DNA from: an uncultured Candidatus Binatia bacterium
Lineage (GTDB): Bacteria; Desulfobacterota; Binatia; UBA9968; JAJDTQ01
Length of the DNA: 64,000 bases
Direction of reading: 5' to 3'
NCBI GenBank assembly: GCA_965213675.1
Contig: OZ243916.1
Location: forward strand, 1,152,001-1,216,000
The translations under genes were made by a program, and so were the position numbers. The notes beneath the pieces are model-generated. The model did no database searches, was not told the DNA's origin, and was given only the letters and a program-made list of their open reading frames with translations. Shown here in pieces: positions 47,712 to 59,291 of the stretch. Position 1 is the stretch's first letter; each line of letters opens with the position of its first letter.

Positions 47712-47985
47712 CGCCCTGTTTGGCGATAACGAGGGGAACACGGTTGGCCAGCATGACACCGCCGGCGCCGACCCGGATGGTTGCGGTTGCCTGGGCGACC
47801 TGGCCAAACACCACCTCTCCTTGGCGGTATTCCCGGCCAGCCACATGTACGCGAGAGTCCTGACACGGTCGTCCTTGACCTCGTGACCTCCATGATAGCG
47901 ATGGCGGCAATCATTCTGAACTGGACGAGGAGCCCAACCGCGATGTTCGCCGGGACGGTCACCGGCAGCGTCATCAGGCCGCCAT
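47712..47985 (-). pseudogene. Chimeric remnant: EcsC-like fragment fused to an LLM oxidoreductase fragment
   Basis: GGLMTLPVTVPANI...QFRMIAAIA, frameshift, [19 protein letters not shown], then [26 protein letters not shown] (compare 59292-60332). Confidence 0.65.
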
Positions 47986-48008
47986 GAACCGGCGCTCTTG
48001 CCGGTCCG

Positions 48009-48893
48009 TTACGACACGAAAGCCGTCGACAGGTCCACCCTGCCCTCCAGGCGGCCGGTTTCGATGAGCATCTCCATGGTGGCTTCCGCTTCCCGGCGCT
48101 CGGTGTCGGTGAAGGTGAACTCGATCCTGGGGTAGCCGGCGGAGGCGAGGATGTCGTGCTTTTCGCCGCCGTATTTCGCGATGAACTGGTCGGCGACTTC
48201 TTCGAGGTGGGCGTCGCTGTAGGCGATGGACTTGCGGCAGGCATCGAGGATCTGGCCGGCGAACTCGGGGTGTTCCTGCAGCAGGTCCTCGCGGGTGGCG
48301 AGCATGTGCTTGATGATCTCGGGGAGGCCGTGGAGGCCGCGCCAGGCGTCGCCGTCGGTGTAGAGGCAGCGCACATCCGGGTCCTTCTCGCCATGCCAGA
48401 AGACCTGGTCGATGAGGGTCACGGCGTCGGCCTTGCGCTCCTTGAGGATGGCCAGAAGCTCTTCCTGGGGATGGGACTCCCAGCGGATGGTGGCGTCGTC
48501 CACCTTGTAGTGCTTGCGCAGGAGGTAGCAGTGCATGGCGTGGGGGTCGGAATGGTGGCTGGCGATGAGCCGACCTTCCAGGTCCTTGGGCGTTTGCACC
48601 GGGCCGTCCTTGAGCACGAAGACGCCGTTGCCCTTGGCGGTGGATTTCCACTCGGTGGACAGGCCGACGATGGGCGCGCCGCCGAGCTTGCGCTTGAGAA
48701 AGTTGGGCAAATAGACGTTGGCGAACGCCACCTCGCCCCGGATGAGCACCTCTTCCAGCTCGTGGCTGGGCGGATCGGCCACCTCGATGACCTTCAGGTC
48801 GAAGCCTTCGGGCTTCACGATGCCGGCGGCCAGGGCGTAGTAGGTGCGGAACATGCAGAAACGGTTGCGATAGTGTGCGAGTGTCAGCTCCAT
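48009..48893 (-). CDS. MqnA/MqnD/SBP-fold (type 2 periplasmic-binding fold) protein without a signal peptide
   Basis: PKDLEGRLIA, ADAVTL, W..LHGLP, SIAYS; overall SsuA/MqnD-like pattern. Confidence 0.6.
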   Translation of the reverse strand: MELTLAHYRNRFCMFRTYYALAAGIVKPEGFDLKVIEVADPPSHELEEVLIRGEVAFANVYLPNFLKRKLGGAPIVGLSTEWKSTAKGNGVFVLKDGPVQTPKDLEGRLIASHHSDPHAMHCYLLRKHYKVDDATIRWESHPQEELLAILKERKADAVTLIDQVFWHGEKDPDVRCLYTDGDAWRGLHGLPEIIKHMLATREDLLQEHPEFAGQILDACRKSIAYSDAHLEEVADQFIAKYGGEKHDILASAGYPRIEFTFTDTERREAEATMEMLIETGRLEGRVDLSTAFVS

Positions 48894-48995
48894 GAGAACT
48901 CCTGGCGGCGGCGCCTCGGCGCGCCGCCGTCTCCAACGGAAACGGGCGGCCCGTGCGTCACGCCCGGCCGCCCGCTTCTACCTTGTCAATGGGAA

Positions 48996-50234
48996 TCAGT
49001 CCAAACCGAGTTCCGCGCGCGTCCTGCTGCAAATGTCCAGGGCCGCGAGCGCGTACACGCTGCTGCAGCGGATCATGTTGTTGATGCCCACGCCCCGGCG
49101 GGTGCCGGACGGCCGGTCCCACTCGGCGCCGGTCTCCTGTTCGTCCGGATCCACCAAGTGGGTGCCGAAGCCCGCACCGTAGGTGATGACGGACACGCCG
49201 TACTGATTGATGCGCGAGCCGTCGCTGGTGATGCCGTAGCGCACCGGTTCCGAGAACTGCATGTCGCTGCCGTTGACCTCCTTGTGGGCCGCGCCCATGG
49301 CCTGGACCACGTAGTCGGTCTCGGGGATTTCGTAGCCGCCGGTGGTGAGGTACAGCTTCACGCGGGTATCGATGTCCCCTTCCCTGGCCGCGACGGCGGC
49401 GGCGACCTTCTCCAGCTCCCGCTGGATCTTCATGGTGGGCACGTCGGGCAGCGTCTTGACGATGACGTAGATCTTGCACACCGGATTGGTGCCGGGCTTG
49501 AACGGGTTGCCGCCGTCGATGGCGCCGATCTGCACGGTGGGCAGCATGAACGGGTGCGGGAACAGCTTCTGGTAATCGGCCTCCCACGCCTGGATCGCCT
49601 TGCACACCTCGAACGCCTTCATGACGAAGGTCTTGGCCGGCCCCTCCACGGTCACCTCGGCCCACACCAGGCCGGCGTTGCCGATCTGCATGCGCAGGCC
49701 GGTGGGCTCGCCGATGATGCACATATCGGCGGTGACGCCGTGGTCCATGAGATAGCGCGCGCCCACGCCCGCGCCCCGGTAGCTCTTGCCGTAAAAGCGG
49801 TTGACCTGGGCCTTCTCGATCTCGCCCACCACGCCCGAGATGACGACGTCACCCTTGAGCTCCACCCCCGCCTTGACGAGCATGTCCACCGCGGTGACGT
49901 AGCAGGGGAATGCGCACTTCATGTTGACCAAGCCGCGCCCGTAGACCCGGTCCTCGGTCACGCGGGTGGGCTCGGGGTTGTCGAAATGGTCCATGTGGCC
50001 GTTGAACATCAGTGTCGGCCCGCCACCCGACCCGCGCAGCGTGCCGATGACGTTCTTCCGTCCCTCTTCCACCTCCTGGTACTCCACTTCCATGCCCAGA
50101 CGCTCGAACTCGCGCCCCAGGTATTCCGCCACCGGGACTTCCTCGCCGGTGATGGTGACGATGTCCGCGAGGTCCCGCGTCATCTCCACCAGGTGCGCGC
50201 GGTCAAGTTGTGCCAAAACGTGCTTGCTATCCAT
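48996..50234 (-). CDS. M20 family (ArgE/DapE-like) metallohydrolase
   Basis: GPTLMFNGHMD, VYGRGLVNMK, VVGEIE, IIGEPT. Confidence 0.85.
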   Translation of the reverse strand: MDSKHVLAQLDRAHLVEMTRDLADIVTITGEEVPVAEYLGREFERLGMEVEYQEVEEGRKNVIGTLRGSGGGPTLMFNGHMDHFDNPEPTRVTEDRVYGRGLVNMKCAFPCYVTAVDMLVKAGVELKGDVVISGVVGEIEKAQVNRFYGKSYRGAGVGARYLMDHGVTADMCIIGEPTGLRMQIGNAGLVWAEVTVEGPAKTFVMKAFEVCKAIQAWEADYQKLFPHPFMLPTVQIGAIDGGNPFKPGTNPVCKIYVIVKTLPDVPTMKIQRELEKVAAAVAAREGDIDTRVKLYLTTGGYEIPETDYVVQAMGAAHKEVNGSDMQFSEPVRYGITSDGSRINQYGVSVITYGAGFGTHLVDPDEQETGAEWDRPSGTRRGVGINNMIRCSSVYALAALDICSRTRAELGLD

Positions 50235-50277
50235 CTGATTGAACCTCCTCCATGCATGACGCGGCGCAACGCGCGCG

Positions 50278-50673
50278 TCAGTCCTTTTCGTGCTTCAGGG
50301 ACACCGAGTTGATGCAGTATCTCAGATACGTCGGTGCCGGCCCGTCATCGAAAACATGCCCGAGATGGGCATCACATACGCTGCACAGGACCTCCACCCG
50401 GCGCATGCCGAAGGTGTAGTCCTCCTCGGTGGCAACGTTCGCTTCATTCACCGGCGCCCAGAAGCTCGGCCAACCGGTGCCGGATTCGAATTTGGCGGCG
50501 GCATCGAAAAGGTCCGTGCCGCAGCACACGCAACGGTACACGCCGGGATCCTTGCTGGCGTGGTACCTGCCGGTGAACGGCCTCTCCGTGGCCCCCCTGC
50601 GCGTCACCTGGAATTCCTCGCGGGTGAGCTGCTGGCGCCACTCCTCGTCGGTCTTGACGACTTTCTCGCTCAT
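50278..50673 (-). CDS. msrB: Peptide-methionine (R)-S-oxide reductase
   Basis: TERPFTG, KFESGTGWPSF, HLGHVFDDGP, RYCINS. Confidence 0.97.
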   Translation of the reverse strand: MSEKVVKTDEEWRQQLTREEFQVTRRGATERPFTGRYHASKDPGVYRCVCCGTDLFDAAAKFESGTGWPSFWAPVNEANVATEEDYTFGMRRVEVLCSVCDAHLGHVFDDGPAPTYLRYCINSVSLKHEKD

Positions 50674-50930
50674 GGAACGGCTTCCTCCCGGAACCCTGCG
50701 CCCGCGGTCCGTGTTCAGGCCTCATCGGCGTTCATGATTTCAACCATAACGCGAAACACCGATCATTTGTACCGGAAGGCTTCGCCCCGGCCGGGGCTTC
50801 CACGGACCCGAGCCTTCCGGTCGTCTGCGCCATGAAAAGCTGCCGCGTTACAGGCGGACATCTCTGGTGGCATCCTTCGGGTTCGCAGGGCCAGGTCGAA
50901 TGATGCCAGCCATATCCGCGGCGCAGGCTA

Positions 50931-51093
50931 CTGGGAGCCTGTCGGGATTATCGAATCGTAGCGAGAGGCCGAGAAAGGCCAGTTTCGGGCGGATTTGAGG
51001 AGAATATTGGTAATATCGGACGAAAATCCAACCGGGAATGGACCCATTTCCCTGCCTCGCAGCAGATTCCTGATAAACCCGACAGGCTCCTGG
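50931..51093. mobile_element. MITE, copy 2 (inverted relative to 38452-38620)
   Basis: Same TIRs and internal sequence; flanked by CTGG on both sides. Confidence 0.85.
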
Positions 51094-51107
51094 GAATCGG
51101 CCCGTCT

Positions 51108-51995
51108 TCAGCGCAGGAACAGCAGCGCCGTGCCCATGACAACGGCTGCCGCCCCCGCCGCGAGCTTCCAGTTGACCGACTCGTGGGCCTGGAGGAAGAG
51201 CCACGAGATCAGCAACACGAAGAGCGGCCGCGTTTGCGCGATGGGCTGCACCACCACCACCGGCGCGTGCCTGAGGGCGAAATAGCCGCAGGTGGTGCCG
51301 ATGGCGGAGACCAGTCCCACCAGCCAGAGGTAGCCCCAGTGCCGGGGCGTCCAGTCCGTCACGCTGCGCAGGGGCCGGCTCGCGACGGCGGGCAGAAAGC
51401 TCGGCAGTGCGATCAGGCTGGCATAGAAGTTAGCCCCCAGCGGCGAAGAGAACTCGTGCACCACGAGCCGGGTGAGGGCCGCGGACAGCGCCATGGCGAA
51501 GGCGCTGCCCAAGGCGAGCCCCATGCCCGCGGCGTACCGGGCCCAGGTCTGAGCCGCCGCCCCCCGGTCCCGGCTCATGGCCACCAGCACGCAGCCGCCC
51601 ACCACCAGCACGGCACCGGCCGTGAGCAGGGCCGTCAACTCCTCCGCCAGGATAACCACGCCCAGAAACATGGCGAAAAACACGTTGGTGGCGCTGAAGC
51701 TGCTGGAGCGCGCCACGCCGATGTACTTGATGGCCGTGAACAGCGTGGTGCGGCCCACGGTGATGCGCAGGATGCCGGCCGCGCCGATCACAAACAACGG
51801 CCAGCCCCACCCCGGAAAGCCCGCGTGCAGGTCGCCGTTCAGCAACGCCGCGCACGTCAACACCACGAGCCCGGTGAAAGCGGTGGCCGCGGTGCCCAGC
51901 ACCGGATCGATGTCGTGGGTCGCCATGCGCCCGAAGATGTCACGCAACGCCAGGAAAAACGCCGTGCCCATGGCATAGACGAGGGCGATGTCCAT
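51108..51995 (-). CDS. EamA/DMT family transporter
   Basis: Ten hydrophobic helices in two repeats; AIKYIGVARS, ALRHAPVVVVQPI. Confidence 0.88.
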   Translation of the reverse strand: MDIALVYAMGTAFFLALRDIFGRMATHDIDPVLGTAATAFTGLVVLTCAALLNGDLHAGFPGWGWPLFVIGAAGILRITVGRTTLFTAIKYIGVARSSSFSATNVFFAMFLGVVILAEELTALLTAGAVLVVGGCVLVAMSRDRGAAAQTWARYAAGMGLALGSAFAMALSAALTRLVVHEFSSPLGANFYASLIALPSFLPAVASRPLRSVTDWTPRHWGYLWLVGLVSAIGTTCGYFALRHAPVVVVQPIAQTRPLFVLLISWLFLQAHESVNWKLAAGAAAVVMGTALLFLR

Positions 51996-52064
51996 GGACG
52001 TGAGATGTAACACGCCTGATGAGATTCGTAACCAACCGGGCCAACCACAGTGTCGCCTGGCGTT

Positions 52065-52156
52065 GTCATTCCGGTCCCCTTCCCGTCATTCCCGTCCCCA
52101 CTGTCCCGTCATTCCCGCAAAAGCTTGCCCTCGACACCGATCGGGGGCGGGAATCC
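52065..52156. repeat. REP-like cluster: two partial GTCATTCC units plus one full palindrome
   Basis: GTCATTCC at 52065, 52085 and 52108; the full unit ends GCGGGAATCC. Confidence 0.7.
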
Positions 52157-52391
52157 AGGGATGGAGAGGCGCCAATCGGACAGGGTATGACGCCACGGGA
52201 AATGCAAGTTTGTCACGCCCCCCTGAATTACCGGGCCGAAATTTCATTCTCACATCAATGACGGGACGGAGAGGACGGGAACGGTTCCGAGGTCGGTCCG
52301 GAGGCCCAAATGAGATTTGCCGGTGTCGAAGCTCCGTTGATAGTGTGCTATACCGCACCCAATTCAACGCGGCGGCAGGACGGGAGCGTAC

Positions 52392-52853
52392 ATGAACTTC
52401 GAAGGTACGATTACGGTAGAACACGGCAGGGATGCGGTGTGGGACTTCGTGCTGGACATCGACAAATTCTCGGCGTGCATGCCGGGGCTGGATTCCATCC
52501 ACCGCATCGACGACACCACCTTCGAAGGCGTCATCAGCGCCAAGGTGGGACCCATGGCGGGGAAGTTCAGTTTCCGCTCCACCATCACGGACCAGAACCC
52601 CAAGGAATCCCTCACCGTGCGCATCGACGGCAACGACTCCGTGACCAAAAGCTCGGTCGTGGCCGGCGTGGACGCGCGCATGGAGGCGCCACGGGGAAAT
52701 TGCACGGAGCTCCATTACAAGGCGCACGTGGAAATCAAGGGGCGCCTGGCCATTGTCGGCGACATGATCCTGCGCGCCACCACATCGCTCATCCTGGAAG
52801 AGTTCCGCAAGCGCCTTGGCAAGGCGCTGGACGAAGAGGCCGCCAAGGCCTGA
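52392..52853 (+). CDS. CoxG/SRPBCC family protein
   Basis: VWDFVLD...CMPG...KVGP...GRLA..G. Confidence 0.85.
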   Translation: MNFEGTITVEHGRDAVWDFVLDIDKFSACMPGLDSIHRIDDTTFEGVISAKVGPMAGKFSFRSTITDQNPKESLTVRIDGNDSVTKSSVVAGVDARMEAPRGNCTELHYKAHVEIKGRLAIVGDMILRATTSLILEEFRKRLGKALDEEAAKA

Positions 52854-52895
52854 AGCGCGACCCGCGCGACGAACAGGCAGGAAAGGATCGTATTC

Positions 52896-54413
52896 ATGGC
52901 CGAACATTATGACGTCATCATCATCGGCGGGGGCTCGGCGGGCTGCGCCGCGGCCAGTCGTCTTTCCGAGGACTCCGGGCGCAAGGTGCTGCTGCTGGAG
53001 GCGGGGCCGGACCCGCGACCCATCCCCGAGATGGTGGCGGAAGCCAGGAACCAGGTGCGGCTGTTGATGGAGACGGACTACCTCGCCATGTACCCGAGCC
53101 CGCGGGACGTGGACGGCAGCGTGTGCTACAAGCTCGCCGGGCGGATCATGGGCGGGGGCTCCTCGGTCAACGTCATGGCCGCGCCCCGGCCCCTCAAGGC
53201 CGACATGGACAACTGGGTGGCCGCGGGCAACCCGGACTGGTCCTGGGAAAGTGTGTTGCCGGTGTTGAAGCGGCTGGAATCGGACCAGGACTTCCCGGAT
53301 AGCCCGATTCACGGGAACTCCGGCCCGCTGTACGTCAAGCGCCCCTTTACCTTCGGCACGCCGGACGCCGCCGATCCGGTGCAGGCGTTCATCGAGGCCG
53401 GCCAGCAGAAGGGGCTGGCGCGCCTGGAAGACACCAACATCCCCGATCCCGAGGGCATCGGCCATCCGCCGTTCAGCATCAAGGACGGCAAACGGCAGTC
53501 CACGGTGGTGGCCTACCTCGACCCGGCGCGCGACCGCGCCAACCTCACCGTCCAGGCCGAGGCCGAGGTGACGGGCCTGGAAATTTCCGGCAACCGGGTC
53601 ACGGGGGTGCGCTACGAAAAGGACGGGGAGCAGGCGACCGCCACCGGCAACCACGTGGTGCTGAGCGCCGGGGTCTACCACTCGGCGCCGCTGTTGATGC
53701 TGTCGGGTATCGGAGCCGCGGCCGACCTGCGGAAGCTGGGCATCGGCGTGGTCCAGGACCTGCCCGGGGTGGGCCGGAACTACCAGGACCACGCGGTGGT
53801 CTACATGACCTTCGCGTGCAAGGACAACTTCGACGCCGACTGGATCATCCCGCGCATCCGCTACATCTACAAGAGCCACGCGGACCGCGACTGCGCCAAC
53901 TTCCATATCGCGCTGCGGCCGCCCACGCAGGTGGAAGGCATCCAGACCACCATCCCGCTTTCGGCGGCGTTGCTGGAGCAGATGAACCGTGGCCGGATGT
54001 ATCTACAGAGCGCCGATCCCAAGGACCTGCCGGTGATCGAGTCCAGGATGCTGGAGGACCCGCGCGACATCGACGCCATGACCACGGCCATGGAGTTCAT
54101 CAAGGCCATTTCCGAGACCCCGGCCATGCGCGAGATCTACGGCGACCTGGTGACGCCCACCCCCGACGAGGACTGGGCACGCTTCGCCCGCACCACCTAC
54201 GACAGCTACCACCACGGCGTCGGCACCTGCCTCATGGGTCCGGCCTCCAACCCCGAGACGGTGGTGGGTCAGAACCTCCAGGTTCACGGCATGGACAACC
54301 TGTGGGTGGCCGACGCCTCCATCATGCCCACCGTGGTGCACGCCAACACCAACGTCACCTCCATCATGATCGGCGAGCGGCTATCGGATTTCGTGAAGAC
54401 GGCCGGCGGATAG
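52896..54413 (+). CDS. GMC family oxidoreductase (choline dehydrogenase-like)
   Basis: GGGSAG, GGGSSVN, GVGRNYQDH, YHHGVGTC, VADASIMP, ANTN. Confidence 0.93.
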   Translation: MAEHYDVIIIGGGSAGCAAASRLSEDSGRKVLLLEAGPDPRPIPEMVAEARNQVRLLMETDYLAMYPSPRDVDGSVCYKLAGRIMGGGSSVNVMAAPRPLKADMDNWVAAGNPDWSWESVLPVLKRLESDQDFPDSPIHGNSGPLYVKRPFTFGTPDAADPVQAFIEAGQQKGLARLEDTNIPDPEGIGHPPFSIKDGKRQSTVVAYLDPARDRANLTVQAEAEVTGLEISGNRVTGVRYEKDGEQATATGNHVVLSAGVYHSAPLLMLSGIGAAADLRKLGIGVVQDLPGVGRNYQDHAVVYMTFACKDNFDADWIIPRIRYIYKSHADRDCANFHIALRPPTQVEGIQTTIPLSAALLEQMNRGRMYLQSADPKDLPVIESRMLEDPRDIDAMTTAMEFIKAISETPAMREIYGDLVTPTPDEDWARFARTTYDSYHHGVGTCLMGPASNPETVVGQNLQVHGMDNLWVADASIMPTVVHANTNVTSIMIGERLSDFVKTAGG

Positions 54414-54427
54414 GGGCCGCCCGCGTG

Positions 54428-54455
54428 GCAGGGGCGACCGGCCAGTCGCCCCTGC
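54428..54455. repeat. REP-like hairpin between convergent genes
   Basis: GCAGGGGCGAC-CGGCCA-GTCGCCCCTGC. Confidence 0.6.
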
Positions 54456-54491
54456 GGGACGCCACCGCAATCCGGCCATCGCAATCCGGCC

Positions 54492-56177
<1,686 letters not shown>

Positions 56178-56410
56178 GAGCCCTCCCGTTGCCGGATTCG
56201 TAAACCGCTTCCGGCCACCCTACTATACAAACCGTCCCCGCGGGCTGGAACCCTCGTGGCTTTGCCCCAACTTTGCCCCAAACTCGCGGAACCTGGAAGC
56301 AAGGCCGCACCCGGCATTGCCGCTCGCGATGCGAATCGTTGGCCAGCTTCCGCGGGGAAACCGAAGGCGCAACGGCCGGTTGAACGGCGCTGCGGACGCC
56401 GGGTTCGCAA

Positions 56411-56439
56411 TTGACACCCATGGGGCGACTTGGTAGTTT
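56411..56439 (+). promoter_or_regulatory. Sigma70-like promoter of the aldolase-dioxygenase pair
   Basis: TTGACA-17 nt-TAGTTT, 60 nt upstream of ATG 56500. Confidence 0.55.
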
Positions 56440-56499
56440 CGCGGCCAAGCCAGACGCGTCTTGCGTGTGCGCATTCCCGCCCGAAGAAGGGAGCCCTCC

Positions 56500-57450
56500 A
56501 TGATCCAGGCCAGCGACATCCACGGCGTCATGGCCATGATGCCCGCCTTCGCCACGGACGACGCCAACGCGCCGCGGGCGAAGGACACGGTCAACGTGCC
56601 CGAACTGGAACGCAGCGTCGATCAGGCGGTGCGGGACGGCATCGGCGTGCTCACCTCCACCGGCACCTTCGGCGAGTGCCACACGCTCTTGTGGGACGAG
56701 TTCGCCACCCTCACGGACGCCACCGTGGCCACGGTGAACAAGCGCATTCCCGTGGTCATCGGCTGCACGAGCCTGAACACGCGCGAAGTACTGCTCAAGA
56801 TGGACTACGCCGCCAAGGCCGGCGCCGACGCCGTGCTCGTGGGCGTGCCGTTCTACTTCAAATCGAGCGTGCCCAACGCCGTGCAGTTCTACTTCGACCT
56901 CGCGGACGAGCACCCGGAGCTGGGCATCTTCATCTACCACAACCCGCGCAATCACCACATTCACATTCCAGTGTCCGCATTCAAGGAACTGGTCAGCCGG
57001 CCCAACATCGTGGGCATGAAGGACAGCCACCGCACGCCCATGCAGTTCATGCAGCTCATGGACATCGTGCGCGGCAAAATCAGCGTCATGACCAACCAGA
57101 ACCAGATGTATCCCTACATGATGATGGGAGCCGCCGGCTGCTGGTCCATCAACGCCTGGATGGGACCGTCGCCGGTGGTCCGGGCCTACCGGGCAGGGCG
57201 CGAGGGACGCTGGGACGAGGTCCGGGAAATATGCATGGCCATGGCGCGGGTGGGCGGAAAGGATCCGAGCCTCACCGATCCGGTGGAAAGCAAGATATCC
57301 ATCAACGAGGCCGGCTACTGCTACGCCGGTCCGGGCAGGCCGCCGTTCCGGGTGACCACGGACGAGACCCGGGCCGAGGCCAGGGCCATCGCCCAGCGCT
57401 GGCGCAAGCTGTGCGAAACCTACCCGCTGCCGGAGGAGGCCGCGGCCTGA
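56500..57450 (+). CDS. DHDPS-family hydratase-aldolase (NahE/PhdJ-like)
   Basis: GTFGEC.TL.W.E, GCTSLNTR, YHNP, GMKDS. Confidence 0.85.
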   Translation: MIQASDIHGVMAMMPAFATDDANAPRAKDTVNVPELERSVDQAVRDGIGVLTSTGTFGECHTLLWDEFATLTDATVATVNKRIPVVIGCTSLNTREVLLKMDYAAKAGADAVLVGVPFYFKSSVPNAVQFYFDLADEHPELGIFIYHNPRNHHIHIPVSAFKELVSRPNIVGMKDSHRTPMQFMQLMDIVRGKISVMTNQNQMYPYMMMGAAGCWSINAWMGPSPVVRAYRAGREGRWDEVREICMAMARVGGKDPSLTDPVESKISINEAGYCYAGPGRPPFRVTTDETRAEARAIAQRWRKLCETYPLPEEAAA

Positions 57451-57541
57451 AGCGCGGCGTGGATCGACGGGGTCGCGGGCGCACTCGACGCTTCCCGAGT
57501 CCACACGCCCCACGACGAGCGGACCGGAGAGGAGCACGAAC

Positions 57542-58561
57542 ATGGCCAAGGTCGCACCCGATCACCAACAGAGGCGGGACGAGCTGCACGAGAGGTTCGC
57601 CGCCCTCGGGCTGGTGGGCTACTGGCAGCGCCAGCGGGAGCACCACAGCGTGGAGCCACGCCTGTGGCGCTGGGACGAGGTCCAGCCGGCGCTGATGCAG
57701 GCCGCCGACGTAATCACCATCGGGCAGGAGGCCTTCCGCCGCAACGTCGAGCTCGAGACCGAAAGCCGCACCATCATCATGGGCTATCAGATCGTGATGC
57801 CCGGCGAGGCCGCGCCCGCCCACCGGCATACCAACACGGCCCTGCGCTTCGTGGTCCAGGGCGGCGGCGCCTACACCACCTCCAACGGCGAGCCCATGAC
57901 CATGCAGCCGGGAGACCTGCTGATCCAGCCCAACTGGATCTGGCACGACCACGTCAACGATTCGAAGGAACCCATCATCTGGATCGACGCCCTCGACGTC
58001 GGCGTGGTCAATTTTCTCGGCGCCTCCCGGTTCCGGGAAGAGTGGTCGGAGGGCATGCAGCAGCCGCTGACCCGGAAGTCCGGCGCGTCACGCCGGCTCT
58101 ACGGCCCCATCCGGGAGCCCGAGGTTCAGTTCGAAGGCGCCGGCGTCCCTTACCATTACAAGTGGGACGAAACGCTGGAAGCCTTGCACGAGGTGGCCGA
58201 TGCGGGCGGCGGCGACCCCCACGACGGCATCCTGCTCGAATACAAGAACCCCGTCACCGGCGGCCACACCTTCCTCACCATGACCTGCCACATCCAGATG
58301 CTGCTGCCCGGCCATGCCACCCTGCCCCACCGCCACATGGGCACCACCCACTACCACGTGGTGCAGGGACAGGGCGCCACCGTCGTCGATCGGGACGAGC
58401 CCAGGGAACTCGAGTGGGAAGTCAACGACGCCTTCACCCTGCCGCCCTGGCGCTGGCACCACTTCCGGAACGCATCCGAGACCGAGCCCGCCATCCTGTT
58501 CTCGGTGACGGACCGGCCGCTGCTGGAAATGACCGGGCTGGATCGGGAAGAACGGGCATAG
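57542..58561 (+). CDS. Bicupin ring-cleaving dioxygenase (gentisate 1,2-/1-hydroxy-2-naphthoate dioxygenase family)
   Basis: PAHRHT..ALRFV..G.GAYT, WHDH, EYKNPVTGG, PHRH. Confidence 0.88.
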   Translation: MAKVAPDHQQRRDELHERFAALGLVGYWQRQREHHSVEPRLWRWDEVQPALMQAADVITIGQEAFRRNVELETESRTIIMGYQIVMPGEAAPAHRHTNTALRFVVQGGGAYTTSNGEPMTMQPGDLLIQPNWIWHDHVNDSKEPIIWIDALDVGVVNFLGASRFREEWSEGMQQPLTRKSGASRRLYGPIREPEVQFEGAGVPYHYKWDETLEALHEVADAGGGDPHDGILLEYKNPVTGGHTFLTMTCHIQMLLPGHATLPHRHMGTTHYHVVQGQGATVVDRDEPRELEWEVNDAFTLPPWRWHHFRNASETEPAILFSVTDRPLLEMTGLDREERA

Positions 58562-58591
58562 GCCCGCTACGTCACGGACCGCGTTCTCGAT

Positions 58592-58965
58592 TCAGAAGGC
58601 GATCCGGCTGACGCCTTCGACGGCGTCGAGATGTCTGTCATTACTCAATACCGGGAGCAGGTGCTGGCGGGCGACGGCGGCTATCCAGACGTCGTTCGGC
58701 GGGATGGGAGTGCCTAACCGTCTCAGTTCCAGCCGGACGTCGGCGTAAACATCCGCCGTAGCCGAACGGTCGCGATTTCGGTCAGCGGCAGATACCGGGT
58801 GAGCCACTCCTCGTAGCGCCTGCGATGACGTGACTGGCGGATGCCAAAGAAGTATTCCCCTAGAACGACGCTGGGTACGACCAAGCGCTCGGCCGAGCGA
58901 AGCGGGGCCATGATTCCCGGGCGTCCCTCTGCCCAAGCGGACAGGGCGTTGGTGTCGAGGATCAT
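58592..58965 (-). pseudogene. vapC: VapC PIN-domain toxin, frameshifted near 58765
   Basis: MILDTN...VLGE in one frame; PIPPNDVWIAA...SNDRH in another; span 374 nt. Confidence 0.85.
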
Positions 58966-59228
58966 GCGAGGTCTTCGGGGGAGAATGCCTCGAACTCTTC
59001 TTCGATGGCACTGAGGACGCGACGGGTCTCGTTGGAAAGATCGGATAGCGCGCCGAAGCCGGCCATCCATGGAGGCTCGGCCGTGCCGGCGCGATGCTCG
59101 CTTGTGCAGTGCCGGAGTTGTTCCTCAAGCGCTTCGGTGAAGAAACGCTTCAGGGTAACCCCGCGGGCGGCGGCAAGCGCCTTGGCGTGCCGGAACATGA
59201 CGTCGGGAATCTCGATGGTCGTCTTCAT
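58962..59228 (-). CDS. VapB-like ribbon-helix-helix antitoxin
   Basis: MKTTIEIPD..FR.AKA.AA.RG.TLK; ATGA overlap with vapC. Confidence 0.85.
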   Translation of the reverse strand: MKTTIEIPDVMFRHAKALAAARGVTLKRFFTEALEEQLRHCTSEHRAGTAEPPWMAGFGALSDLSNETRRVLSAIEEEFEAFSPEDLA

Positions 59229-59291
59229 GAAGCCATATTCCCACAAAAAACGGAGCCTCCTCAACAGCGCCCTGTCGCTACGCGCCCGTGA

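Noticed and set aside
52065-52156. GTCATTCC repeats as a CRISPR array
   Set aside because: The units are too short and irregular, there are no cas genes, and they match a REP-like palindrome family.
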